NCBI GenBank assembly: GCA_902464615.1
Contig: CABQKA010000002.1
Location: 35,408 to 99,407 of the forward strand
From: an uncultured Prevotella sp.
Lineage (GTDB): Bacteria > Bacteroidota > Bacteroidia > Bacteroidales > Bacteroidaceae
DNA: 64,000 bases
Direction: 5' to 3'
Shown one piece after another: positions 54,058 through 64,000 of the stretch. The notes under the pieces are model-generated. The model had not been told where the DNA came from. It searched no databases and saw only the letters and a program-made list of their open reading frames with translations. The number at the start of each line of letters is the position of its first letter. Within the stretch, counting starts at the first letter, position 1. Position numbers and translations under genes: made by a program.

Positions 54058-56265
54058 TTATCGGCAGTCTTTCATGACGAGCAGGTAGAACACCAAGGCC
54101 CAGTCCTGGTCGTTGGCAAAGGGGTCGTAGAAGCGCGCCGGGCGGCCGTCCACGGCCCGCGGATAGAGGTAGGCGCACGAGGCGCGCCCTTCGTCGGTAA
54201 ACTGGCAGAGGTTGCCCCGGACAATGTCTTCTGCCCGGCGGCGGTAGGTGTCGTCGCCGGTGGCCAGGGCGTAGTAGTAGAAAGCCGAGGCCGTCAGCGT
54301 GCTCCAGTAGTGCGGGAAGGTGTCGCCATACATCTCGCGCTTCCCGAACCAGTAGCCGTCCCAATGGCGGATGCCGATTTCGTGCAGGTGGTAGTCCGGC
54401 TGCCGGCCGGAGAAGGCGTCGAGCACGGGAATCATCTCCCGCGCGGCCGCGAGGTAGTCCTGCGTGCCGGTGGCCAGGTACATTTCGCACAGGAACTGCA
54501 CGGCCGGGGCCACGATGCTTTGCTCGTAGTTCACTTCGTGTTTCGGGTAGTTCGTTCCGTTACGGATGTAGCTGGCAGCCTGTGCCTTGAAGTCGGCGAG
54601 AAGGGTGTCGCGCTGGGCGGGAAGTCCCGCGCGCTGCAGTGCGTCAAGCCCCTGCAGCACGGGAATATTGATGGCGTAGAAGTTGTGCCCGAACTGCCGG
54701 AACATGGCCCGGAGCGTGCCGTAGCCGTCGAGGGCGTATTGCCGTTGGCCCGTGAGCTGCCACATGCGGAACTGGAGGTCGGCCACCCACATGTAGTTGT
54801 ATGCGCGGTTGCGGCCGTCGTGGGCCACGGTGGAATAGGTTACGTAGTCCTTCGTCTGGAGGCGTTCGCGCAGGAAGCGGATGTAGCGCAGCAGCGAGGC
54901 GCGCACTTCGGGCGAGGGGTGGAGCGACTCGTATTTGGCCAGGAGGACGCCCATGCCCACCCGTTCGCCGCCCTCGTCGCGGTCCAGCGGGCTGCACGTG
55001 GGCCGGTCGTTGAGGAAAATGCTGTCGCCTTCGTTGTCGTAGACCATGAAGGCGCCGTCGCGGGCGTCGCCCGGGCGGTTGAGCTGCTGGCGCGTGCGGA
55101 TGAAGGCTACGCGGCGCGCCACGAGCGTGTCGAAATCATTGACGACCCATACTTTCGCCTGTGTCTGGCGGTTGTTCCCGTAGGTGAAGGTGACGGTGGT
55201 CTCGCCCGGCTGCAGGTCTGTGGTCTTGAAGGAGTAGACGAAGTCTTTCCCCTCTTTTTTCACTTGGAAATTGCGTACGTCGCGCTTCAGTTGCGAGAGT
55301 TTCAGGCGCTGTTCCGACAGGTTGGCGCGCAACGTCGGCAGGCGGCGGGGCGAGCGCAGGCTTACGGTGAGCGTGTCGCGCCGTTCGATGACGTAGCGGT
55401 CGCAGTCCACGAGGACGCTGCCGCGGTCAAGGAGCTGCCGCTCGAAGTCGTCCTTTCCCTGGTGGCTGAACACGCGCCAGGCCGTCGTAGCCGACGCGCC
55501 CGGTGCGAGTGTGCAGTCGGGCAGGTTGGCTATGAAAAGGCCGCGTGTCATGGAGCTTCCTTTGTCGTTGCCCCGCAGGCGGATTTCGTAGTCGCAGATG
55601 CTGCCTTTCGTCACGGCAAGTCCGAGGTGGGGGGCTTTTGCTCCCATTCGCAGGGCGCAGACGTAGGCCGCGCTTCCGCCTGCCCAGAAATGTACGTTGC
55701 AGCGGCCGGCGATGCAGGTGGGAGCGTCGGGATAGTTGTCATTGAGCGGGAGGCAGATGCCCGCATCGCGCAGCTCCACGCTTTGCTTGATTTCGTTGCG
55801 GAACGTGTAGCGTTCCACGAGGTCGCCGTCGCGGAGTTGCCGCTCTACGCGGAGGACGACAGGCCCCAGACGGTAGAAGGAGGTCAGCCCGTCCGTTGCG
55901 GCGGAGTCTGCCCGCGTCCAGCGGTAGGTCTGGCTCTGCGCGCCGGCCGTGACGGTGACGGCGCCGAGGCCCCATTGCCATTCCGGGCCGACCCAGGCGT
56001 ATTGGCTCCCGTCCGTGCGCACGAGCCATTCCATCCCTTGCGGGTCGCCTTCGATGCGGATTTGCCGCACAGCGCCGGTAAGCGGGTCGGGCGTGAAGAG
56101 AATGTCGCCGTCGGCGGCATGTAGCGGCGTGGTGCCGGAAAACAGGATGGCGGTGGCGGCACAAAGCACGCCGGGCGCGCGCCTTAGGCCCGTGGCGACG
56201 CGCCTAAGGCGAGTGGCGACGGGGCTTAGCCCCGTGTGTGGAAGAAGTTCGGGTAAGGTTTGCAT
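54058..56265 (-). CDS. Secreted six-hairpin glycosidase-like protein
   Basis: Signal peptide; ERVGMG, R.YNY.W, HEVNYEQSIVAP, IRHWDGYWFGK...GDTFPHYWS, NDQDWAL; start uncertain (56265 vs GTG 56169). Confidence 0.75.
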   Translation of the reverse strand: MQTLPELLPHTGLSPVATRLRRVATGLRRAPGVLCAATAILFSGTTPLHAADGDILFTPDPLTGAVRQIRIEGDPQGMEWLVRTDGSQYAWVGPEWQWGLGAVTVTAGAQSQTYRWTRADSAATDGLTSFYRLGPVVLRVERQLRDGDLVERYTFRNEIKQSVELRDAGICLPLNDNYPDAPTCIAGRCNVHFWAGGSAAYVCALRMGAKAPHLGLAVTKGSICDYEIRLRGNDKGSSMTRGLFIANLPDCTLAPGASATTAWRVFSHQGKDDFERQLLDRGSVLVDCDRYVIERRDTLTVSLRSPRRLPTLRANLSEQRLKLSQLKRDVRNFQVKKEGKDFVYSFKTTDLQPGETTVTFTYGNNRQTQAKVWVVNDFDTLVARRVAFIRTRQQLNRPGDARDGAFMVYDNEGDSIFLNDRPTCSPLDRDEGGERVGMGVLLAKYESLHPSPEVRASLLRYIRFLRERLQTKDYVTYSTVAHDGRNRAYNYMWVADLQFRMWQLTGQRQYALDGYGTLRAMFRQFGHNFYAINIPVLQGLDALQRAGLPAQRDTLLADFKAQAASYIRNGTNYPKHEVNYEQSIVAPAVQFLCEMYLATGTQDYLAAAREMIPVLDAFSGRQPDYHLHEIGIRHWDGYWFGKREMYGDTFPHYWSTLTASAFYYYALATGDDTYRRRAEDIVRGNLCQFTDEGRASCAYLYPRAVDGRPARFYDPFANDQDWALVFYLLVMKDCR
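56177..56235. repeat. 21-bp-period palindromic array, locus J (3 units), inside 5' end of glycosidase ORF
   Basis: Cores at 56183, 56204, 56225; translates as TGLSPVA-TRLRRVA-TGLRRAP. Confidence 0.9.
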
Positions 56266-56324
56266 GATTTTTTCAGTGTGGAAATATCTTGACAATGTGG
56301 TTCCTGTCGCGTACCGTCGCGGCG

Positions 56325-59099
56325 TCAGTGCGCTTCGAGCCAGTTGCGCCCTTCGCCGCAGTCGGCGAGCAAGGGGACGCGCAGCGGGCAGGCGCCTTCC
56401 ATTTCCTCCACGACAATGCGGCGGACGCGCTCCAGCTCTTCCGGTACGACGCTGAAGTTGAGTTCGTCGTGCACCTGGAGTATCATTTTCGAGCGCAGGG
56501 CTTCCGCGGTGAAGCGGCGGTCGATGCCCGTCATGGCGCGCTTGATGATGTCGGCGGCCGTGCCTTGGATGGGGGCGTTGACGGCATTGCGTTCGGCGTA
56601 TCCGCGGACAACGGCGTTGGCCGAATTGATGTCCGGCAGGTAGCGCCGGCGGCCGAACAGCGTCTCGATATAGCCTTTCCGGCGCGCGAGCGCGATGCTC
56701 TCCTGCATGTATTCCTGCACTTTCGGGTAGGTGCTGAAATAGCTGTCGATGAGGGCCTTTGCCTCGGTTCGCGAAACTTCCATCCGTTCGGCCAGTCCGA
56801 AGGCGGAGATGCCGTAGATGATGCCGAAATTGGCGGTTTTGGCTTTGCGGCGCTCGTCGCGCGTGATGTCTTCCAGCGGTTTGTGGAAGATGCGCGCGGC
56901 GGTGGCGGCGTGGATGTCTTTCCCGTCGATGAAGTCTTGTATGAGGTGTTCGTCGCCGCTGAGGTGGGCCATGATGCGCAGTTCTATTTGGGAATAGTCG
57001 GCCGAGAAGAAAATGCAGCCTTCCTCGGGGACGAAGGCTTTCCGTATTTCGCGTCCGTCGTCGCCGCGGACGGGGATGTTCTGCAGGTTAGGGTTGCTCG
57101 AGGAGAGGCGGCCCGTGGCCGTGACGGCCTGGTTGAAGGAAGTGTGGATGCGTCCCGTCTCGGGGTTGATGAGTCGGGGCAGGGCGTCCACGTAGGTGCC
57201 CAGCAGTTTTTTGAGGGCGCGGTGGGCCAGGATTTTCCCGACGATGGGGTGCTTGGCCCGCAGCGCCTCGAGCACTTCTTCGCTTGTGGAATACTGCCCG
57301 CCCTTTGTCTTGCGGGCGCGTTCGTTGAGCTGCAGTTCGTCGAAGAGGACCGTGCCCACCTGTCGCGGCGAGGTGATGTTGAACGGGTGTCCGGCCAGCC
57401 CGTGGATTTCTTGCTCGAGCTGCTCCATGCGTGCCTGGAAGAGGCGTCCCGTTTCGCCCAGCGCGCCGGTGTCGAGCCTCACGCCGTTCCGCTCCATTTT
57501 GGCCAGTACGGGCATGAGCGGCATTTCTATGTCGTGGAAAACGGACTGCACGCCGTCGCGTTCCATTTCCGCTTCGAGCGGCGCTTTGAGCCGTAGTGTC
57601 ACGTCGGCATCCTCGCAGGCGTATTCACAGACTTCTTCCGGCTTGAGGTCGGCCATGTTCTTTTGCCCTTTGCCCTTGGGGCCGATGAGCTGCTCTATGT
57701 GGATGGTCCGGTATTTCAGGTAGACTTCGGCGAGATAGTCCATGTTGTGGCGCAGCTCCGGTTGGACGACGTAGTGGGCGAGCATCGTGTCGAAGAGGGG
57801 CGGGCGCAGTTCCACGCCGTAGCGTGCCAGGACGTTGAGGTCGTATTTTAAGTTTTGTCCGACCTTGAGGATTTTCCCGTTCTCGTAGAGCGGGCGGAAT
57901 TTTTCAACGAATTGTTGCGCCTCGGTTGTTTCACGTGGAACGGCTACGTACCAGGCGCGTCCGCCGGCCACTGCGAAGCTCATGCCGACCAGTCGCGCGG
58001 AGATGGCGTCCGTACTTGTTGTCTCCGTGTCCAGGCTCACTGTTTCGTTTGTCAAAAGGAATTCACACAAATCTTCGGCATCTTCCAATTTTTCAACGAG
58101 ATGATACTCGTGCGCCGTGCTTTCTAAAGTCTGGAGATTCTCTTCTTTTTCCGCGGCTTGTGTCTCGTCCGTCAATTCTTCAAAGAGGGAGGCTTGTCTC
58201 GGGCCTGTTTGGAGTTTGGTTACGGCGTTCGCATTTGTGGTGTAGCGTTGCACGAACGAGCGGAATCCCAGATTCCCGAAAAGCTGGAGCAGGGTCTCGG
58301 TGTCCGGTTCGCGGCGGCGCAGGTCCTCGAGCGAAGTGTCGAGCTGTACGTCCGTGCGGATGGTGGCCAGATATTTTGAGAAGCGGATCTGTTCTTCGCT
58401 TTCCGAAACCTTTTTCCTGAGCGCGCCGGTCAGTTCGTCTTTGTGCTCCAGCAGGCTTTCTATGCTGCCGAAGCGTGCCAGCAGTTTCTGCGCCGTTTTC
58501 TCCCCCACGCCCGGGCAGCCCGGTATGTTGTCCGCCGCGTCGCCCATGAGGCCGAGCAGGTCGATGACCTGTTCCGGCTTTTCTATTCCGTATTTCGCGC
58601 AGACTGCCGTCTCGTCAAGCTCTTCCATCGGCGTCGCTCCGTGGCCCGGCCGGCACATCATGATGTTCGGCGCCACGAGTTGGGCATAGTCTTTGTCCGG
58701 CGTAATCATCCGTACCTCAATGCCTTCTGCCGCCGCGCGGCGCGCCATGCTTCCGATGACGTCGTCCGCTTCGAAGCCCTCCGCCTCCAGAATGGGAATG
58801 CGGTAGGCCTTTATCAGTTCCTTGATAACCGGCACGGCGCGGCGGATGTCCTCGGGTGTGGCCTCGCGTTGCGCCTTATAGGCCGGATAGGCTTCGTGGC
58901 GGAACGTCTTCCCCGCCGGGTCGAACGCAATGCCGATATAGTCGGGCTGCCCCTTACGGAGCACTTCCTCCAGCGTATTAATGAAGCCGTAGACGGCAGA
59001 GAGGTTCTCGCCCTGGGCGTTAAGGCGCGGCGAACGGATCAGCGCATAATACGCGCGGTATATAAGTGCGTATGCGTCTAAAAGGTAGAGTCTTTCCAT
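56325..59099 (-). CDS. polA: DNA polymerase I
   Basis: LDAYALIYRAYY, EADDVIG, SLDTET, ADYSQIELR, AKTANFGIIYG, LQVHDEL. Confidence 0.98.
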   Translation of the reverse strand: MERLYLLDAYALIYRAYYALIRSPRLNAQGENLSAVYGFINTLEEVLRKGQPDYIGIAFDPAGKTFRHEAYPAYKAQREATPEDIRRAVPVIKELIKAYRIPILEAEGFEADDVIGSMARRAAAEGIEVRMITPDKDYAQLVAPNIMMCRPGHGATPMEELDETAVCAKYGIEKPEQVIDLLGLMGDAADNIPGCPGVGEKTAQKLLARFGSIESLLEHKDELTGALRKKVSESEEQIRFSKYLATIRTDVQLDTSLEDLRRREPDTETLLQLFGNLGFRSFVQRYTTNANAVTKLQTGPRQASLFEELTDETQAAEKEENLQTLESTAHEYHLVEKLEDAEDLCEFLLTNETVSLDTETTSTDAISARLVGMSFAVAGGRAWYVAVPRETTEAQQFVEKFRPLYENGKILKVGQNLKYDLNVLARYGVELRPPLFDTMLAHYVVQPELRHNMDYLAEVYLKYRTIHIEQLIGPKGKGQKNMADLKPEEVCEYACEDADVTLRLKAPLEAEMERDGVQSVFHDIEMPLMPVLAKMERNGVRLDTGALGETGRLFQARMEQLEQEIHGLAGHPFNITSPRQVGTVLFDELQLNERARKTKGGQYSTSEEVLEALRAKHPIVGKILAHRALKKLLGTYVDALPRLINPETGRIHTSFNQAVTATGRLSSSNPNLQNIPVRGDDGREIRKAFVPEEGCIFFSADYSQIELRIMAHLSGDEHLIQDFIDGKDIHAATAARIFHKPLEDITRDERRKAKTANFGIIYGISAFGLAERMEVSRTEAKALIDSYFSTYPKVQEYMQESIALARRKGYIETLFGRRRYLPDINSANAVVRGYAERNAVNAPIQGTAADIIKRAMTGIDRRFTAEALRSKMILQVHDELNFSVVPEELERVRRIVVEEMEGACPLRVPLLADCGEGRNWLEAH

Positions 59100-59186
59100 G
59101 TGACTAAGCGTTTTCACGGTAAAAATACGCAGAAATCTTCATATTTGACGATAAATTCGTACTTTTGTAGGCCAAAAAAGAAACGA

Positions 59187-60164
59187 ATGGATGCTCTCTC
59201 CTTGGTCCAACAGCCTGTGCTGGCAGAATTAAACTCTTACCGCTTACTGTTCGACGCCGCCTTGTCCCACGAAGATGATTTCTTGGGCCAGGTATTGGCG
59301 CACATCCGGGCGCGTAAGGGAAAAGTGATGCGCCCGTTGCTGGTCTTGCTCGTGGCCCGCGAGGTGGGCAACGTGGGAGAAGCCACTTTGCGCTCAGCCG
59401 TGGCGCTCGAGCTGCTCCATACCGCGAGCCTTGTACACGACGACGTGGTCGACCAGAGCGACGAACGCCGCGGGCAGGCCTCGACCAATGCGGCCTACGG
59501 GAACAAAGTCGCTGTCCTTGTGGGGGATTATCTCCTTTCGAGCGCCCTGCATCAGACGGGCCTGACGGGCAGTACCCGTTGCGTGGAACTGATAGCCCGC
59601 CTGGGCGCGACCCTCTCAGAGGGCGAGGTGCGGCAGTTGGCCAACATTCGCAACGAAGTGTGTTCCGAAGAGGCTTATTTCGACATCATCCGCAGCAAAA
59701 CGGCCGCGCTCTTTGCGGCCTGCGGGCAACTGGGGGCTTTTACGGCCGGGGCTGATGCGGCTTTCGAGGAGCGTGCACGCTGTTTCGGCGAATTGGTCGG
59801 CATGTGTTTCCAGATACGCGACGACATCTTCGACTACGACGACAAGGCGGACATCGGTAAGCCCACCGGTAACGATATGACGGAAGGGAAGCTGACGCTG
59901 CCGGCCATATACGCCCTTTCGCGTCCCGGCGTGGACGCGGAGGTTCTCGCATGTGCGGAGCGCGTCCGGCGCTGCGCGGCCACGCAGGCCGACATCGCCC
60001 GTGTGGTGGGCTACACCGTGCAGGCCGGCGGCATAGATTACGCCCGTCGCGTCATGCTTCGCTTTCGTGACGAAGCGGCGGATTTGCTCGTCGCGTTCCA
60101 CAACCAGAAAGTGCGCGAGGCCCTGGAGGGCTATCTTGACTATGTGGTCGGGCGGGATTTCTGA
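59187..60164 (+). CDS. ispB: Polyprenyl diphosphate synthase
   Basis: GKVMRP, LVHDDVVD..RRG, KTA, FQIRDDIFD, GK.TLP; -7 box TACTTTTG at 59160-59167. Confidence 0.9.
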   Translation: MDALSLVQQPVLAELNSYRLLFDAALSHEDDFLGQVLAHIRARKGKVMRPLLVLLVAREVGNVGEATLRSAVALELLHTASLVHDDVVDQSDERRGQASTNAAYGNKVAVLVGDYLLSSALHQTGLTGSTRCVELIARLGATLSEGEVRQLANIRNEVCSEEAYFDIIRSKTAALFAACGQLGAFTAGADAAFEERARCFGELVGMCFQIRDDIFDYDDKADIGKPTGNDMTEGKLTLPAIYALSRPGVDAEVLACAERVRRCAATQADIARVVGYTVQAGGIDYARRVMLRFRDEAADLLVAFHNQKVREALEGYLDYVVGRDF

Positions 60165-60202
60165 CCGTTTTTGTTTTGTGTACATCTTTTTATCGCATCA
60201 TA

Positions 60203-60245
60203 CCTGCGCCGCGAAGGAGAAAAAACTTCGCGGCGCAGGCTTTTT
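60203..60245 (+). terminator. Intrinsic terminator of ispB
   Basis: 14-bp perfect stem CCTGCGCCGCGAAG/CTTCGCGGCGCAGG + T5. Confidence 0.85.
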
Positions 60246-60529
60246 GGGGACTTTGTCTCCGGATAGCGGAGCGATGAAACCGGGATTTCTGAGCGTCTGC
60301 CGTCCTGTTTTCCGCGATGATTTCCATGCTGCGGGGGCCTTTTTGCTTTGTCAAAATTCTTGCCGCGGTAGCGTGCGCGGCTCCCGGCACTCAATTTGAA
60401 TATTTGCCGGATAACGTCACACTTTTATTATCCCGTGCGCCGTCTCTTTTGCCTTGAAACAGCGATTGCGGCGCAGACAAGCGGCCGTTTGCGCTTGTTT
60501 CCCGATGCCCGCTGCCTTTTGCCGGGCTT

Positions 60530-60588
60530 CCGGGCCTTAGCCCCGTTCCTACGGCAATAGGGGCAATAAAAACGGGGCTAAGGCCAGT
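60530..60588. repeat. 21-bp-period palindromic array, locus K (3 units; outer units a perfect 15-bp inverted pair)
   Basis: Cores CTTAG 60536, ATAGG 60557, CTAAG 60578. Confidence 0.9.
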
Positions 60589-60644
60589 TTTCGCTGTGCC
60601 TTGCCCCGTAGCCGGGTGCTGCGGCCGGTTGTGGCCGGGAGAGG

Positions 60645-61577
60645 TCAGAAGGGCTGCACGTCCTCGCCCAAAACTTCGCTGACCAGAAGGTTGGCGAGCC
60701 TGCTTGTACCTATGCGGAAGAGGCCTTCGTCCAGCCATTCCTTTCCAAGCGTCTGGGCCACAATAGTATAGTAGTCTATGGCGTCGGCTACGGTCTTGAG
60801 GCCGCCGGCGGCTTTGAATCCGATTTTCGTGCCTGTCAGGTCATAATATTCTTTGATGGTGCGGCACATCACATAGGCGGCTTCCGGCGTGGCTGCCGGT
60901 TCTATTTTCCCGGTCGAAGTCTTGATGAAGTCCGCTCCTGCGTACATGGCCAGGATGGCGGCGCGCTTGATGCGTTCGGCGGTCTGCAGCGCGCCGGTCT
61001 CCAGAATGACTTTCAGCGGACAGTTGCCGCATGCGGCTTTGATTTCCCCGATTTCATCGGCACAGGTCTCGTAGTCTTCACTCAAGAACGCTCCCACGTT
61101 GAGCACGCAGTCTATTTCCGTCGCCCCGTCGTGCACGGCCAGCGCGGTTTCGGCCGTTTTCACCTCGGCAAAGGTCTGCGACGACGGGAAGCCGCCTGCG
61201 ACGCAGGCAATCTCGACGCCGTCGGCTTCCAGCGAGTCGGCCACGGTGCGGGCAAAGTTGGGGTAGACGCAGATTGTAGCGAGATGGGGCAGGTCGGGGT
61301 GGCGGTCGGCAAAGTCGTTGACGCGCTCCGTCATTTTCAGTATGGATTCCTGTGAGTCCGTCACCTTGAGCGACGTGAGTTCAATGGTGCCCAGCAGCGC
61401 CCGTTTCACTTCGGGCGTGTCGTACTGCGCGCGGTGTTCGTCCAGGAGGCGGGCAACGTCTGCAGCGACCGCTTCGTCGTGGAGATGCAGGTCGAACTTG
61501 GCGAATGCCTGTTCGTAGGGACTGGCCAGGTGCCCAGGCTCTTCGTGCCGGTGGTGGGTGTGTGGAGTTTCTGTCAT
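60645..61577 (-). CDS. deoC: Deoxyribose-phosphate aldolase
   Basis: ICVYP, GFPS, GATEID, LKVILETG, DFIKTSTGK, GFKAAGG, RIGTS. Confidence 0.95.
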   Translation of the reverse strand: MTETPHTHHRHEEPGHLASPYEQAFAKFDLHLHDEAVAADVARLLDEHRAQYDTPEVKRALLGTIELTSLKVTDSQESILKMTERVNDFADRHPDLPHLATICVYPNFARTVADSLEADGVEIACVAGGFPSSQTFAEVKTAETALAVHDGATEIDCVLNVGAFLSEDYETCADEIGEIKAACGNCPLKVILETGALQTAERIKRAAILAMYAGADFIKTSTGKIEPAATPEAAYVMCRTIKEYYDLTGTKIGFKAAGGLKTVADAIDYYTIVAQTLGKEWLDEGLFRIGTSRLANLLVSEVLGEDVQPF

Positions 61578-61588
61578 GGATGTCGGTT

Positions 61589-61915
61589 TTAGTGTTTTAG
61601 TTTTTCGTTTTCCAAGTGGCGTGTGGCGTCGCGTTGTGTCTTCTTTTCCAGCGATTTGCGGAATGCTTCGGTGAGGTCTACGCCGGTCTGGTTGGCCAGG
61701 CAGATGAGTACCCAGAGCACGTCGGCCATCTCTTCGGCCGGATCTGTCGGCTCCCCGGCCTTGAACGACTGGTCGCCGTAGCGTCGGGCCATCACGCGGG
61801 CCAGTTCGCCCACCTCTTCCGTGAGGCACGCCATGTTCGTCAGTTCGCTGAAATAGCGTACGCCGTAGGTCTTAATCCATTCGTCTACAGTTTGTTGCGC
61901 TTCTTCTAAAGTCAT
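61589..61915 (-). CDS. MazG-like nucleotide pyrophosphohydrolase
   Basis: LTEEVGELAR, EEMADVLWV..CLAN. Confidence 0.9.
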   Translation of the reverse strand: MTLEEAQQTVDEWIKTYGVRYFSELTNMACLTEEVGELARVMARRYGDQSFKAGEPTDPAEEMADVLWVLICLANQTGVDLTEAFRKSLEKKTQRDATRHLENEKLKH

Positions 61916-61982
61916 ATTGCACTGTCTTTTCCGGGCTTTTTGCAGGCATATTTTCCTTCTGCCCGCTTTCTCTCGGCCCGTC

Positions 61983-62435
61983 TCATTCCTTTTGATGTGT
62001 GTCCATGCAGATGGTCACCGGGCCGTCGTTGACCAGTTCTACGGCCATCTCGGCCCCGAAAGTTCCCGTGCCGACAGGTTGGCCCAGCCCTTCGGAGAGA
62101 CGTGCGCAGAAGTATTCGTAGAGCGGTATGGCGATGTCGTGTCTGGCGGCGCGGATGTAGCTGGGACGGTTGCCTTTCTTGTACGAGGCCATGAGCGTGA
62201 ACTGGCTGACGACCAGCAGACGGCCGCCGACGTCGAGCACGCTGCGGTTCATGACGCCGTTGTCGTCGTCGAAAATGCGCAGCGACAATACTTTTTTTGC
62301 GAGCCAGTCGGCGTCTTCCTGCGTGTCCGATGGCTCGATGCCGACCAGTATAAGCAGGCCTTGCCCGATGCTGGACTTTACGTTTCCCGAGATGGAGACG
62401 GAGGCGCGGCTTACGCGCTGTATGACAATTCTCAT
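61983..62435 (-). CDS. dtd: D-aminoacyl-tRNA deacylase
   Basis: MRIVIQRV, VVSQFTL, KGNRPS, NDGPVT; -7 box TATTTTTG at 62516-62523. Confidence 0.96.
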   Translation of the reverse strand: MRIVIQRVSRASVSISGNVKSSIGQGLLILVGIEPSDTQEDADWLAKKVLSLRIFDDDNGVMNRSVLDVGGRLLVVSQFTLMASYKKGNRPSYIRAARHDIAIPLYEYFCARLSEGLGQPVGTGTFGAEMAVELVNDGPVTICMDTHQKE

Positions 62436-62534
62436 GGTAATGTGGTTTTTTCCGGCGGGGTGGGATAATGCAGTCCGGGTATGCCGTCATTCGCACTGGC
62501 CGCCGGCTTTCAACGCAAAAATACGTTTTTTTTC

Positions 62535-63998
62535 TTACTTCCCTGCGTCGTTATGGAGCTTTTCGTAAAGCTGGCGTCCCCGTGCCGGACCAATGGCCGC
62601 CTGGAGCGCTTCAGCGGACGCTTCTTTGATCCGTTTCACGCTCCCGAAAGCCTTGAGCAGCGCCTGTTTCGTCTTGTCGCCAATGCCCGGGACAGCGTCG
62701 AGTTCCGATGAGGTTTGTCTCTTGGAGCGTTTGTCGCGGTGGAAGGTGATGGCGAAGCGGTGTACTTCGTCCTGCATGTGCGTCAGCGTGCGGAACAGTT
62801 GGCTCTCGGGCTTCATGCCGACTGTCTGCGGGGGAAATCCGAACAGCAGTTCGTGTGTTCGGTGACGGTTGTCCTTGGCCAGTCCGGCGATGGGGATTTG
62901 CAGGTGCAGCTCGTCCTCCACGACTTGGCGGATAACCTCCATCTGTCCTTTTCCGCCGTCGGCGATGATGAGGTCGGGCAGGGGGGCTTCCTCGTCGCGG
63001 AGACGCGTGTAACGGCGGCGTACAACTTCTTTCATCGAAGCGTAGTCGTCCGGCCCGGCGACGGTTTTGATGAGGTATTTGCGGTATTCCTTTTTGGCCG
63101 GTTTCAGTTTTTCAAACACCACGCAGGCAGCTACGGCGTCGCTGCCTTGCAGGTTGGAGTTGTCGAACAGTTCGATGCGGTACGGAAGGCTGTCCAGGCC
63201 GAGCTCCGTTTGGATTTCCTTCATCAGCCGCACCGATTTTTGCTCCGGATTGAGCTTTTCCGCCTGCTTCAGGCGGTCGAATTTGTACTGCTTGACGTTG
63301 AGCTTCGAGAGGTCCAGCAGTTTTTTCTTCTCGCCTTTCTGGGGCACGGTTTGGACGGCATATCCTTCGGGCAGGTCGGCGGGGAAGGGCACGATGATTT
63401 CGCGCGAAGTGCTGTGGTAGCGTTCGCGCATTTCCACGATGCCGAGTGCGAGCAGCTCTTCGTCGCTTTCATCGAGCTTCTTCTTATACTCGAACGTGAA
63501 AGCCTGGTTGATGCAGCCGTTCGTGATGTGCAGGTAGTTGATGAAGGCGACGCCTTCATCGCTTTCTATGTTGAAGACGTCGATGTTGTGGAGCACGTTG
63601 GAGACCACTTCGCTGCGCGCCCTGAAATGCTCGATGAGTTCGTACTTTTCTTTGATTTGCTGCGCTTCTTCAAAGCGCAGCTCGGCGGCCAGCGCGAGCA
63701 TTTCTTCCTTCATGATGCGCGCCACTTCGGCGGTGTTTCCTTTCAGGATTTCGCGGCAGGCGTCTATGTCGCGCATGTAGTCTTCATGCGATTGCCGTCC
63801 GACGCACGGTCCGCCGCAATTGTGGATGTGATAATCGAGGCAGACCTCGTATTTCCCGTTCCTTACGCCTTCCTCGGTCATCGGAGTGTGGCAGGGCCGC
63901 GGGTGGTAGAGCTTCTTGCACAGGTCGAGCAGCGCATACATGGTCGGTACGTGGCTGTATGGACCATAGTAGGTGGCTCCCCGCAGATGGCGCTGTCT
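62535..63998 (-). CDS. uvrC: Excinuclease ABC subunit C (5'-truncated by window edge)
   Basis: YYGPY, C..YHI..C..PC, UVR domain, FDNSN, PDDYASM, DGGKGQ, DEVHRFA, HhH PGIG. Confidence 0.96.
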   Translation of the reverse strand, partial: RQRHLRGATYYGPYSHVPTMYALLDLCKKLYHPRPCHTPMTEEGVRNGKYEVCLDYHIHNCGGPCVGRQSHEDYMRDIDACREILKGNTAEVARIMKEEMLALAAELRFEEAQQIKEKYELIEHFRARSEVVSNVLHNIDVFNIESDEGVAFINYLHITNGCINQAFTFEYKKKLDESDEELLALGIVEMRERYHSTSREIIVPFPADLPEGYAVQTVPQKGEKKKLLDLSKLNVKQYKFDRLKQAEKLNPEQKSVRLMKEIQTELGLDSLPYRIELFDNSNLQGSDAVAACVVFEKLKPAKKEYRKYLIKTVAGPDDYASMKEVVRRRYTRLRDEEAPLPDLIIADGGKGQMEVIRQVVEDELHLQIPIAGLAKDNRHRTHELLFGFPPQTVGMKPESQLFRTLTHMQDEVHRFAITFHRDKRSKRQTSSELDAVPGIGDKTKQALLKAFGSVKRIKEASAEALQAAIGPARGRQLYEKLHNDAGK

Positions 63999-64000
63999 CG

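Overview
High-GC chromosomal segment from a Bacteroidales bacterium, probably Prevotellaceae/Alloprevotella-like. The evidence is TAnnTTTG sigma-A promoter boxes, a long-form IspG, DUF4248/DUF4292 genes and a T9SS-type C-terminal domain. It holds about 43 protein genes, mostly housekeeping (ispG, rpsO, dut, dgt, mutS, leuS, ribD, prmC, ahcY, ychF, lgt, comM, polA, ispB, deoC, dtd, uvrC). It also has a small CDP-alditol/LicD surface-glycan operon ending in a WYL regulator that converges on a phage-like lytic gene plus DUF4248, and several glycan hydrolases (two paralogous GH33 sialidases, a GH2 beta-galactosidase, a six-hairpin glycosidase). I saw no transposase, integrase, rRNA, tRNA or CRISPR array. 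The strongest unexplained signal is a dispersed family of short arrays at 11 loci. They are built from a ~17-bp quasi-palindrome (ACGGGG-CTAAG-GCCCGT) repeated at a 21-bp period, i.e. two helical turns or seven codons. Six arrays end 61-75 bp upstream of a promoter box, three form REPIN-like hairpins, one has expanded as a VNTR, and one is read in-frame in a glycosidase signal peptide. A stand-alone ~63-nt AU-rich sRNA candidate with its own promoter and terminator lies upstream of leuS. All product calls come from motif recognition by eye; no database searches were run.
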